A stretch of 64,000 nucleotides of DNA from an uncultured archaeon (GTDB lineage: Archaea; Asgardarchaeota; Thorarchaeia; Thorarchaeales; Thorarchaeaceae): the NCBI GenBank assembly GCA_964610875.1, contig CAZSWP010000001.1, forward strand, positions 102,161 to 166,160. The letters are read 5' to 3'. Made by a program: the position numbers and the translations under genes. Position 1 is the stretch's first letter. Every line of letters starts with the position of its first letter. This document shows positions 1-9,569 of this stretch, piece after piece. Below the pieces are notes generated by a model that had not been told where the DNA came from, did no database searches, and saw nothing but the letters and a program-made list of their open reading frames with translations.

Positions 1-326
1 CTCTCATCAAGGTTGGTTCGTAGTACTCTTACACCACAGTTTATGTCATATCCCACACCCCCTGGTGATATGACTCCAGTTTCATAGTCTGTTGCCGCAA
101 CTCCTCCGATGGGGAAACCATATCCCTGATGTCCATCGGGAAGGACAATACTGTGAGAATAGATTCCAGGTAGTGCTGCTGCATTTGTAGCTTGGTCAAA
201 GGTCTTATCTTGACGCATCTTTTCAATCAAGGGGTCTGATGCGTATACCCTTGTTGGAACTCTCATCCATGATTTTGTGTTCTTAGGTATCTCATATATA
301 TTCTCAGCGATCTTCTTTAATTCCAC
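1..326 (-). CDS. rtcB: RNA 3'-phosphate/5'-OH ligase RtcB (tRNA-splicing ligase), N-terminal part; runs off window edge
   Basis: Not in the ORF track. Manual minus-strand translation from GTG at 326 gives [14 protein letters not shown]...[18 protein letters not shown]...[21 protein letters not shown], the RtcB signature motifs. GGAGAG lies just upstream. Confidence 0.95.
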   Translation of the reverse strand, partial: MELKKIAENIYEIPKNTKSWMRVPTRVYASDPLIEKMRQDKTFDQATNAAALPGIYSHSIVLPDGHQGYGFPIGGVAATDYETGVISPGGVGYDINCGVRVLRTNLDE

Positions 327-474
327 AGTACATCTCTCCGATTAGTAATAAGAAACCTCTCGACAGTTCCTATAAGATTTGTGAACTGTATGTTGTTGAG
401 TCTAAGGTGGACCAATATCTTCTATAGTGAGTGATTTTATGTTAAAGCAAACATATGGAGGATTGATCAATCAA

Positions 475-1509
475 GTGCCTGAAGTAAGATTGACTGCAAT
501 GGTTAGAACTCACGGCTGAAGTGTCAAGATAAAGCGGGATGACCTGATCCACCTACTCCAAAGGGCTGACCTCTTACCAAAAGATACAACCTGTAAGGAC
601 TTGGTTGGCGATGATGCCGTTGTTAGCATCGTTGATGACCAAATAGCTCTAGTAGAGAATGTTGACATCTTCACACCTATTCATGATGATCCCCTTATCC
701 AGGGAAAAATCATCGCTTGTAATGCCACAAATGATGTCTTTGCAATGGGTGCGACCAAGATATTATCCCTGCAAGCTTTTCTGGGCTATCCTAAAGAAAT
801 GCCGGAAGAAATTGCCATTGATATCTTGAGAGGAATGTCTATGTTCATGTCAAATCTTGATTCAAGGGTAACTGGTGGCCAAACCATTCGGAATCCTTGT
901 CCTGTCTTTGGTGGTATCTGTTTAGGAATCACACATCCTAGTAATATTGTGTATTCATCAGGTGCCAAACCTGGTGATATTGCAATACTAACCAAACCAC
1001 TAGGTATCCAACCTGCGATGCGTTCCTACCGTGATTTGAAAGATGAAAAACGCGATAGCTTGCTTAAAAATTTCAATGAAGCGGAACTTGTGAAAATGCA
1101 GGAAATTGCTGTGAAAATTATGACAACCAGCAATTTGGAAGTTGCGAAGGCAATGAATGAAATTGGGGTTCATGCTGCGACTGACATCACAGGATTTGGA
1201 TTACTTGGTCACGCTAGCAATATTGCAACTCTAAGTGATGTTGACATAACTATAGATTCTCTACCTGCTATTAGTGGGACTCTAGAACTTGCTGAGTTCT
1301 TCGGTCACAAACTGAAGCAGGGCTGGGGTGCCGAAACTGCTGGTGGAATGTTGATCCTCTTACCCCCCAATAAAGTAGATGCTTTCATGGCAAAACTTGA
1401 GAGTTATGGATTATCCAGCTGGATTGTTGGCCAAGCTTCAAAATCCGCCGATATCTCATCAGCAAAACTTGCAGATGATGTTCAGTATATTGAGACCGAA
1501 TTTCGATGA
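475..1509 (+). CDS. selD: Selenophosphate synthetase, selenoprotein form (in-frame TGA=Sec at 517-519)
   Basis: The track ORF 601-1509 has SelD motifs (GDDA, NATNDVFAMG, GGQT, LTKPLG, ATDITGFGLLGH, ETAGG). The same frame continues upstream as MPEVRLTAMVRTHG-TGA-SVK, matching the catalytic G-[C/U]-x-x-K motif. GGAGGA at 457-462 precedes GTG 475; alternative ATG at 439. Confidence 0.93.
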
Positions 1510-1546
1510 TGCTTATCAAAAACCGCAACGGGAGATAACTGAGAAG
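1501..1546 (+). promoter_or_regulatory. Putative eukaryote-like (K-turn) SECIS element overlapping the selD stop codon
   Basis: Hand fold: UUUC(1501-04):GAAG(1543-46); bulge GAU; tandem G1508.A1542/A1509.G1541; U.U; stem G(C)UUAUC:GAUAAC; unpaired AAAAA 1518-22; apical mini-stem CCG-CAA-CGG. This gives the AUGA...AA...UGA layout directly 3' of a Sec gene. Confidence 0.75.
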
Positions 1547-1608
1547 AGCTGCCGCAAGCAGCCGGTCTTCTTCATGATAAGAAGTGAATTCTGGACTTAT
1601 TCTTTGGA

Positions 1609-1773
1609 TTATTCCAGAAGATGATTCAGCTTGTGAAACAACCTATCGATATTCTCGAGACATTTCAAATCGATCTCAGGATCTATGAATTTTCTGAGTT
1701 CTACAATCTCTTTTTCTTCGACATCATGGAATAACCAAAAGTCATTCTTCACTGCTTGTTTGATTTCAGCCAT
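1609..1773 (-). CDS. Small hypothetical protein (54 aa), below ORF-track cutoff
   Basis: ATG 1773 to TAA 1609 encodes MAEIKQAVKNDFWLFHDVEEKEIVELRKFIDPEIDLKCLENIDRLFHKLNHLLE. AGGAG lies upstream and the ORF fills an otherwise empty gap. Confidence 0.6.
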   Translation of the reverse strand: MAEIKQAVKNDFWLFHDVEEKEIVELRKFIDPEIDLKCLENIDRLFHKLNHLLE

Positions 1774-2016
1774 CCTATTTTCGCTCCTATTATACTATCA
1801 TGAAATAATTCGTGTTTTGCCGATATTAATTCTTCCATCGAGTACGTCATTCGTACGAATAACTAACATCATATCGGCAATTGTCTAATTCTAGCGAGGA
1901 AGAATCAAAATAGGTCTATGACAAATAGCGCAATATATTCTGCAGGGGAGTATCAGCTCACTAACTTTAATATGAATAGCCCCTGTCATAAAACCACACA
2001 CAAACAGGAGGTCGCC

Positions 2017-2721
2017 GTGATTAAAATCGTCGTGACTGGACCTTATGAAGCTGGAAAAAGTTTGATGATACATCATATTACGAATGGTCAATGTATCAAT
2101 GTAGAAAGAAGTGGTACTACTATCGCAATGGATCACGGTGTAGCCAAAAGAGATGGACTGAATGTGTACCTATTCGGTACTCCAGGTTTACTCAGGTTTA
2201 GAACAATGCGTAAAATTCTTAGCTCTGGTGCTGATGGAATAATTTTTGTAGTAGATTCCGTTGATAAGGAATCAGATGCACGTGCTAAGATGTTCTTTAG
2301 GGAGATTGCCTTCTTCCTTCCAGGTGTTCCCTGTGTAGTTGCAGCTAACAAGCAAGATCTTGATGATGCGCGTCCTGTGGACCAACTTCGAGATAATATG
2401 AGGTTCATAGTTGGACTGCCAGTAATCCCTGTTTCTGCGAAGACTGGTGAGAATGTCGATCGTATGCTCAGAACTCTTCTATATCTGTCCATGATGCAAT
2501 GGAGTTCCGTATTTGATAGATTTTCAGAATACAGCGGTCAAAAAGATGGTCTTAGTAAATTAATGGAAGACCTGAGAGTCACTCGTGAACAAGCTGTGGG
2601 CTATTTGCGTCGATTTGAACTACGTAAACTCCTGACCGTCCAAGTCGGCGATGAACAGTTTGATGTAGATGATTCAATTAAACCGCTACTTGAAAATCCC
2701 GTTCTCATTATGAGAAAATAA
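2017..2721 (+). CDS. Small GTPase (GPN-loop/MglA-like ATP/GTP-binding family) with C-terminal HTH-like extension
   Basis: GPYEAGKS P-loop, TTIAMDHG, FGTPG, NKQD, SAK. AGGAGG just upstream of GTG 2017 suggests a later start than the track's 1918. Confidence 0.85.
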   Translation: MIKIVVTGPYEAGKSLMIHHITNGQCINVERSGTTIAMDHGVAKRDGLNVYLFGTPGLLRFRTMRKILSSGADGIIFVVDSVDKESDARAKMFFREIAFFLPGVPCVVAANKQDLDDARPVDQLRDNMRFIVGLPVIPVSAKTGENVDRMLRTLLYLSMMQWSSVFDRFSEYSGQKDGLSKLMEDLRVTREQAVGYLRRFELRKLLTVQVGDEQFDVDDSIKPLLENPVLIMRK

Positions 2722-2726
2722 AGCCT

Positions 2727-3656
2727 ATGCAGAAAGAATCAAAAGCAGGACGAACACAAACGCCACTATCTGTGGAGGTGCCACATTTGAGTAATGAAGA
2801 AGATTCGATTGAAGATATGGACCCTACGGAACTGATTGAACAGGCCGTAGCGGCAAAAGAAGCTGGTGAAGATGAGATCTCAGCAAAGATATACAATGCA
2901 GCTGGCAACATCTACATGGCCGTGGCTGAATTTGAGGAAGCACTCGAGTGTTTCGAAAAGTCCCTTGAGATATATCGAGAATTAGATGATGAGCTTGGTA
3001 TCTGTGATACCATGTATAATTTAGGTGTGGCACAAATCAATCTTGAGAATTGGGATGACGCAATAGCAACTCTTCAGTCAGCTGTGAAGTTATTTGAAAA
3101 ACAATCGAATGAGGATGGCGTAGCAGATACAACATATGGTCTAGCTCTTGCCACACTTGGCAAGGGTGGATTTGATGATGCAATGGAGCTCTTTAAAGAA
3201 GCGCAGACAGCATATAAAAAGGCTGACAATCAGCAAGGTGTGGCAAGCACCATTATGGATATGGGAAATGCTTACGCTGACAAAGAAGACTGGGAGAATG
3301 CTGATAAAACCTTCAAGAAAGCCCTAAAAATTTATCGAGATATTGATGACAAAGCAGGTATAGCTGATGCACTCTCTTTGATAGGCGATATTGCTGAGAT
3401 GAAAGGTAATCAGAGGAAAGCTGCTGAATCATTCACTGAGGCGGCACAGTGCTATTTGGAAGCTGAAATCTACGACATCGCAAGAGAAGTAGTTGATAGA
3501 GCAGAGCAAAAGATGTGGGATATTCCCAAAGCAACACGTCGTCGACTCAGACGAGTCATTGATGATATTCGTGATGCTCTTCCTGAAGAGGAAGAGGAAG
3601 ATGATGATGACGACGATTTCGATGAGGATCTGCTTGAATTCCAAGATGTTGACTAG
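2727..3656 (+). CDS. Tetratricopeptide-repeat protein with acidic tail
   Basis: Repeated ~40-aa TPR units (e.g. GNIYMAVAEFEEALECFEKSLEIYRELDD, MGNAYADKEDWENADKTFKKALKIYRDIDD) and a poly-E/D C-terminus. Confidence 0.9.
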   Translation: MQKESKAGRTQTPLSVEVPHLSNEEDSIEDMDPTELIEQAVAAKEAGEDEISAKIYNAAGNIYMAVAEFEEALECFEKSLEIYRELDDELGICDTMYNLGVAQINLENWDDAIATLQSAVKLFEKQSNEDGVADTTYGLALATLGKGGFDDAMELFKEAQTAYKKADNQQGVASTIMDMGNAYADKEDWENADKTFKKALKIYRDIDDKAGIADALSLIGDIAEMKGNQRKAAESFTEAAQCYLEAEIYDIAREVVDRAEQKMWDIPKATRRRLRRVIDDIRDALPEEEEEDDDDDDFDEDLLEFQDVD

Positions 3657-3748
3657 ATGTCATCTATAATCTGCAGCATCCCTTGATGCAGGAAAACCAT
3701 ATTTGGTAAGCATTGTAAGGAAGGCTATCCTATAGGAGATGCCTTCAT

Positions 3749-6700
3749 TTGAGTGTGACAGATAGATGCACAGGTCTGATCTTAATTGCTATTATAGTGT
3801 CACCTATTTTCATTATAGTATCATCACCTGTAGAGTCGATTGACTATACATACCATGATAATCATAATACTAGTATTCCAAGCCAATTTTCTGATGATCC
3901 AACTCCCTTGTCAAAGGTGACTTTGGTATCTCCTGATCCTACTTCTTATTTGGATGAATTCTCCTATATGGCTGCAGTACCCACATCTGTCTTCTATCAT
4001 AATGGAAATCAAATTCTATCACCATTGATGTACAGTAGTTGGGATGATAGCATGGATTATCTTCTCGCAGATTGGCGAGAATATTTGGAGCCTGATGGTG
4101 GAGTGTTTCAGGTAGTTGCCATAGGAGATTATTCGGCATCCGAGATTTCGAGTTTGCAAAAAACACTTGGTTCTAAAGTGTATCCTCAAATCTCTGGCGA
4201 AACCTCTGCAGAAGTTGCCGCTAAAATAGCCGTCAATGATTGGTCTTCAAGCGATATTGTAGTTTTGTCTTTAGCTCAAGATTCATTTTCAGTTCCTGCA
4301 ACAATTACTGGTTCAGCATTACACGCGTTCAGTAGCCCCTCTGTAGCACCACTTTCTGAAACGAATACATTCAGTGGCGTTGGGCCCTTTGAAATCACAT
4401 TTACTCCTCCTGTAGGTGCTGGGTGGATTGAAGGGTTTGCTGATTGGCCAAGTTCCTCAGGAGTAGTGATGACTCATACATTATATGATCCGAATGGAAA
4501 CCCAGTTGACTACTCTGTCTATAGTAGGGTTGTTCATGAAAGAGGTACAACATATGGTCCTATTCCATTGAATTTTTGGTTGCCTGTAACAGCTCAAGGT
4601 GAATATACACTTCGATTGACTCCCTCCATCCCTGTATCTGGAAGTTTAGAGGTTGAATGTGAGATAACTTACCATCCGGGTTTCACTCAGAATATCGATG
4701 TTCCTGGAAATGCAAAATGGCTCAATGTGAGTGCTTCTTGGGATAATGCAGGGACAATCGTTAATCCTGCTCTCATTGATCCGTCTGGTCGAATGGTGCA
4801 ATGGGATCCAGCAGAGAGTCTCCTATCTGGCGCTGGGAAAAAGAAAATTGCAATTCCTTATCCCATTCAAGGTTCATGGACATTCACTGCATCTTGGATG
4901 AATCCAGAAGCAGAGGATAATAATGTAGATGTTGAGTGGAGCATTTCTACCCTGCCAAGTAATATTGATGGATACTTCGAATCAGCAGCTAATGGTGCAG
5001 TGCTTGCTTCACTTCTGAATGTTCCCCTCCTATATGTCAACTCCAATAACATTCCTGAAGCAACTGAATGGGCAATCTCTAGACTTGGAAGTTCAATAGG
5101 TATCCTTGTGGACCCTCAGGATATTCATGCTCCCGGATTGGAGGGAGAACTCTCTTCCTTGGTTGCACTCTCTAACATTAGTACTTACCAAGGCTTGACA
5201 AATATGATACAAACAGCTTCGCACAGCAAAGACGTCATTCTTACAATACCTCGAGGTAATAACGATGAACTTTTCTCAGTTGCAGCACTCTCTGGAGCGT
5301 TTCATGGTGCTCCTGTGTTCTCTATGACTGGTGAAAATAACCTGCTTACAACATATGCTGAAGAGACTTGGGCTCCGTATAAAATCGGTCCTGAGATTGA
5401 AGTATTCATCACAAATCAATACACAACACGTACCGAAAATGGTTGGTATGATGAAAGAATACCAAATATGTATTCAATGATGAATTCGTTTAATGCATTT
5501 CATGATTTTCTAGTTGCACGAGGTGCCTATAATGATTCCATTACTCAATCTGTAGTAATTCTGTCTCCAACTGATCTCATTAAAGTGAGTTTTGACAGGT
5601 CTATTATTGGTTCATTTAATACAGGTCGTATACCAGCTGAAAAATCCTCAATGGCGTCTTTTATGGTTAACAAAGCTATTCTACATAGATTTCTGTATCT
5701 TATTGCTGAGAATCACAATGATGCATTATTGACAATGTATGCTTATACACATGGTACTCCTATTACTGACTCTTTCTTCAATACAAGGACTCTATATCAA
5801 ATGACTGATACATCCACTCCACTTGATGGATATGGGTTCGACATTGTACGACATGTCGGAGAAAATGAGGTATTCGCATCTCTCGCATCACAAGTTGGTT
5901 TCTGGACCATGAGTACTCATGGAACCCTTACAATGTATCCTACAGATCCTCCCCAAAGACCAGAGGGTCCTGGTATATTCTCCTTGAGAAGTCTTGATGC
6001 TGCTTATGGCTTCGAGAATGAATCCACCGTTGATTATAATGGAGATGGAATTGTTAATCCTGTCCAATTCCAAGCTGAGAACAGAATTCATGTATTAAAG
6101 ACAACAGATGATTTGGAAGCTGAGATTCAAAATCTTGGTTCGCCATTAGTTATCCTTACTGCATGTCTTCTTGGTGGAAGCAGACTTCCAACAATGCTCA
6201 TGGAACATGGTGCAGTAGCGGTGACTGCTGCTCCTAGAACTGTCTATTTCAGACCTGCAGGAATGCTTTCAGTACTACTCGTTGAGAGTCTTGTTGCTGG
6301 CAACACAACTGGTCAGTCTCTAAACTACGGTCTAAGAGCTCTATCATATGTGTATACTTTACCGGGTGGTACGAATGTTAATGATTATGCAAATCAACAG
6401 ATAGTATTTGGAGACCCTAGCATCAAACTCTATGTTGAATCCTCTCATCCACGAATTGCTTCTATAGACCCGTCGGAAACAGACTTTGGTACGCATACTC
6501 CTAATCGTGGTTTCCCCGCCGTCGTTGGTCTTGGAACAACAGATTACCTATCTAGCATTTATGATACACTTGGTATCGACTATGATTACTACTCGACCAA
6601 CAATATCTCTGAGATGTTTGAGTCTCTCGATTTGAGACGCTTGCTTGTAGTTGAACCCGACACTATTGACAACATTGCCGGTTCACTCGCTGATTACCTA

Positions 6701-7609
6701 ATGTTTTTGGATGATTATGTTGATACAGGAGGTTGTATTGTACTACTTGGTATGAACAGTGATATTTCCAGTCTTCCTTGGGGTTTTGAATTTCTGACAA
6801 CATCTCCCTCTGGTCCAATCACCATAGTAGACACAACTCATCCACTGTTAACCAGCCCAAATACACTCGCATTAACAGGGAGTTTGTCTGGAAGCTTTGC
6901 CCAAGTTGGTGCTAATATATCTGTATTAGCAGAATCAGAAGGCAATCCTGTTTTCATCGCACGTGTAAAAGGGTCCGGTAAAATCGCTGCTACAACTGTT
7001 ATTCCGGACGAAACGGAAGAAGAAAACCTCATTCAGAACGTCATATCATGGTATGATGCTCCAATGCTCAGAATTGATAATATCCAAAAGAATCAGGAGA
7101 TAATATGGGCTGGGGATCGTGTAATAATAACATTGGAGTTAACGGACCTCATAGGAAATGGCGTTTCTGGTGCAAGTGTTCAGGTATGGATCAATGAAAC
7201 AGAAATCATTGTGACAGAATCCGGTTCTGGATTCTATACCCTCGTTCTTGATGAGATGTGGACTTCTTCTCATGAAGGAATTCTCGACATTCGTGTCAAC
7301 GCACAAAAGGATGGCTATGACACCTTGGATCTTGTATTGTCTGATTTTCTCTATATTCGGCCCTCTCCTTGGATTGCCATAGCTATAGTGGGAGTAATTG
7401 TTGGTATAGCCTTTACTGGATGGGCTTATAGGAAGCGAAAGCGTGGTGAGCCTCTCTACGAACGTAAGAAAAAGAAAAGATTCCAGGACTATAGACGACT
7501 CAGCAAGGAAGAAAGGAAGAGGAAAGAAAAGGAAGAAGAAGCTAAACGAAAGCGGAGAAAAGAAGAAGATGAGCGGATTGATGTAGGCGAGTTCTTTGGT
7601 GTAGAATGA
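3749..7609 (+). CDS. Large cell-surface protein with probable peptidase C25 (gingipain/caspase-hemoglobinase fold)-like domain and C-terminal membrane anchor
   Basis: N-terminal hydrophobic signal; STHGT ... ILTACLLG ... GAVAVTA ... IVFGDPSI pattern; TM helix WIAIAIVGVIVGIAFTGWAY followed by a K/R/E-rich tail. Confidence 0.6.
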   Translation: MSVTDRCTGLILIAIIVSPIFIIVSSPVESIDYTYHDNHNTSIPSQFSDDPTPLSKVTLVSPDPTSYLDEFSYMAAVPTSVFYHNGNQILSPLMYSSWDDSMDYLLADWREYLEPDGGVFQVVAIGDYSASEISSLQKTLGSKVYPQISGETSAEVAAKIAVNDWSSSDIVVLSLAQDSFSVPATITGSALHAFSSPSVAPLSETNTFSGVGPFEITFTPPVGAGWIEGFADWPSSSGVVMTHTLYDPNGNPVDYSVYSRVVHERGTTYGPIPLNFWLPVTAQGEYTLRLTPSIPVSGSLEVECEITYHPGFTQNIDVPGNAKWLNVSASWDNAGTIVNPALIDPSGRMVQWDPAESLLSGAGKKKIAIPYPIQGSWTFTASWMNPEAEDNNVDVEWSISTLPSNIDGYFESAANGAVLASLLNVPLLYVNSNNIPEATEWAISRLGSSIGILVDPQDIHAPGLEGELSSLVALSNISTYQGLTNMIQTASHSKDVILTIPRGNNDELFSVAALSGAFHGAPVFSMTGENNLLTTYAEETWAPYKIGPEIEVFITNQYTTRTENGWYDERIPNMYSMMNSFNAFHDFLVARGAYNDSITQSVVILSPTDLIKVSFDRSIIGSFNTGRIPAEKSSMASFMVNKAILHRFLYLIAENHNDALLTMYAYTHGTPITDSFFNTRTLYQMTDTSTPLDGYGFDIVRHVGENEVFASLASQVGFWTMSTHGTLTMYPTDPPQRPEGPGIFSLRSLDAAYGFENESTVDYNGDGIVNPVQFQAENRIHVLKTTDDLEAEIQNLGSPLVILTACLLGGSRLPTMLMEHGAVAVTAAPRTVYFRPAGMLSVLLVESLVAGNTTGQSLNYGLRALSYVYTLPGGTNVNDYANQQIVFGDPSIKLYVESSHPRIASIDPSETDFGTHTPNRGFPAVVGLGTTDYLSSIYDTLGIDYDYYSTNNISEMFESLDLRRLLVVEPDTIDNIAGSLADYLMFLDDYVDTGGCIVLLGMNSDISSLPWGFEFLTTSPSGPITIVDTTHPLLTSPNTLALTGSLSGSFAQVGANISVLAESEGNPVFIARVKGSGKIAATTVIPDETEEENLIQNVISWYDAPMLRIDNIQKNQEIIWAGDRVIITLELTDLIGNGVSGASVQVWINETEIIVTESGSGFYTLVLDEMWTSSHEGILDIRVNAQKDGYDTLDLVLSDFLYIRPSPWIAIAIVGVIVGIAFTGWAYRKRKRGEPLYERKKKKRFQDYRRLSKEERKRKEKEEEAKRKRRKEEDERIDVGEFFGVE

Positions 7610-7708
7610 AATGCGCAATTGAAGTAGTTTTTCATGTCATAATACACGAAGCCTTTATAGACCTACACGAACTCAAATCAACGAGTAAACACAACTGAGG
7701 TTGTTCTC

Positions 7709-8071
7709 ATGTCTAGCCGTGTGGATCGTATTAATTCGGCAATCCGAGATTTTGAAACTGTGCCAGGTGTTGAAGGTGCGGCTCTTGTGTCCTTAGATGG
7801 ACTAATGATTTCATCAGCACTTCCTGAGAGTGAACATGATAGAGTAGCCGCTATTAGTGCAGCAATGCTGTCACTAGGTGAGAAGGCAACAAAAGAACTT
7901 GACCGTGGTACACTCATGGAGATTTATGTGAAAGGTGACAAAGGATTCACATTGATGACCTCTGTTGGTGATAGTGCTCTTCTTCTCGTGCTTGCGAAAG
8001 CTGATGCACAGCTTGGTCTAATATTTGTAGATATGAAACGAATGGCTGATAGTTTGATTGAGATTCTATAA
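7709..8071 (+). CDS. Roadblock/LC7 domain protein (MglB-like)
   Basis: 120 aa; GVEGAALVSLDGLMISSAL...RVAAISAAMLSLGE...LGLIFVDMKR. Confidence 0.93.
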   Translation: MSSRVDRINSAIRDFETVPGVEGAALVSLDGLMISSALPESEHDRVAAISAAMLSLGEKATKELDRGTLMEIYVKGDKGFTLMTSVGDSALLLVLAKADAQLGLIFVDMKRMADSLIEIL

Positions 8072-8088
8072 TCAGTTCAACTGGCCTA

Positions 8089-9324
8089 TCATTTCAGCAG
8101 CTCTGCAATAGAATCAGCAATAGCTCTCGCTATCTCTCTCTTGGGCGATAAAGGTACATGTTTCAAATACTCATTCTCTCCTACGATGAGTACCTCATTC
8201 GTATCTGTCCCAAAAGCCACTCCCTTTCTGCTAGCATCATTTGCGATGACGAGATTACATATTCCATTCTTGATTTTTGCTCGTGCTCTTTCTTCCAACT
8301 CCTCATCAGAAACACCTGATTCTACCTTGAACCCAATTACTGGCAAAGTCTTGTACTTCTTTCTAACCTCTTCAATTATCTTTGGAGTTGGGACAAGGTC
8401 GACACTATAGGCTTTACCTGATGGTCGTTTCCTGTCTTCTTTCTCTTCGGGTTCATAATCTAGGACTGCTGCCGTTGAAATGAATGCTGTCAAATCTTTG
8501 GATTCAAGTGTTTCCATGACTTTGCTGAACATCTCATGGGTAGTTTCTACAGGAATCACGTCTGCGGTATGAGGTGCTTTCTCACTAGTAGGTCCTAAGA
8601 TTAGAGTCACATTGGCTCCTCTTCCAAGAAGTTCTTTGGAGAGAGCTATCCCCATCTTACCGGTGGCTGGATTGGTTATGAATCGGACTCTATCAAACCA
8701 GCCTCTAGTAGGTCCTGCTGTGATTACAAAATGTCTTCCTACCATATCTTTCGGTCCGAGGATGCCAAGCACTTCTTCCACAATTACCTCGGGCGTTGGT
8801 ATCTTAGCCTTTGCTTCTTCCATCCTTGGTTCCATTACGTGTACTCCGATTTTCACAAGCTTGCTGATATTATCCTTTACACTGGGATGATCATACATTG
8901 ATTCGTGCATGGCTGGTACGATAAATACTGGAATCGATGCTCCGATGGCTGATGAAACTGTTGTAGTAACGGGCGTGTCATCAATTCCGCAAGCAATTTT
9001 ACTAACAGTGTTAGCAGTTGATGGTGCAACCATAACCAAATCCACATGCTCATCATGTTTTCCTGCAAGTGTTATGTGTTCAATCTGACCGGTCAACTCA
9101 GTAATCACTGGGTTGCCTGTTGCCCATTCCAAGAGGTGTGGATGCACGATCTTTTGGCTTGCTGCACTCATTACTACGTATACTTCTGCTCCATGTCGCA
9201 TCAATAATCGTGATAATGCTACTGTTTCTACAGCTGCTACACTTCCAGTGATACAGAGTGCTATTGATTTACCATCCAAAAGTTTACTTGAACTGCCAAT
9301 GATGAGCTTGGATGTATGTTTCAC
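8089..9324 (-). CDS. coaBC: Bifunctional phosphopantothenoylcysteine decarboxylase/synthetase
   Basis: ITGSVAA, APSTANT, PAMHESMY, ITAGPT, TGKMG, AAVLDY, IGFKVE, IAND. Confidence 0.95.
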   Translation of the reverse strand: MKHTSKLIIGSSSKLLDGKSIALCITGSVAAVETVALSRLLMRHGAEVYVVMSAASQKIVHPHLLEWATGNPVITELTGQIEHITLAGKHDEHVDLVMVAPSTANTVSKIACGIDDTPVTTTVSSAIGASIPVFIVPAMHESMYDHPSVKDNISKLVKIGVHVMEPRMEEAKAKIPTPEVIVEEVLGILGPKDMVGRHFVITAGPTRGWFDRVRFITNPATGKMGIALSKELLGRGANVTLILGPTSEKAPHTADVIPVETTHEMFSKVMETLESKDLTAFISTAAVLDYEPEEKEDRKRPSGKAYSVDLVPTPKIIEEVRKKYKTLPVIGFKVESGVSDEELEERARAKIKNGICNLVIANDASRKGVAFGTDTNEVLIVGENEYLKHVPLSPKREIARAIADSIAELLK

Positions 9325-9569
9325 TATTTCACACCTACTTCAAAAAGCACAACAATCCTTGATAATCTATTCGAAGAGTGTTATTTGTATTGATGAAACC
9401 AAATTCAATCACTTAGGAAAGAATATATGTGCCCAGTTTATTCATCGGTTTTGCATAGGACAGCTCAACTAGTGTAAAAACCGTTCTATGTATCAATAGA
9501 TGTTATATTGTTGGATGTATAGTCAGGAACGACAATAACTGAATATAATGTGAGTGTGGATGGTTTGGG

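Noticed and set aside
601-1509. ORF-track start of SelD at TTG 601
   Set aside because: It would omit the catalytic N-terminal motif; the frame extends through the Sec TGA to GTG 475.
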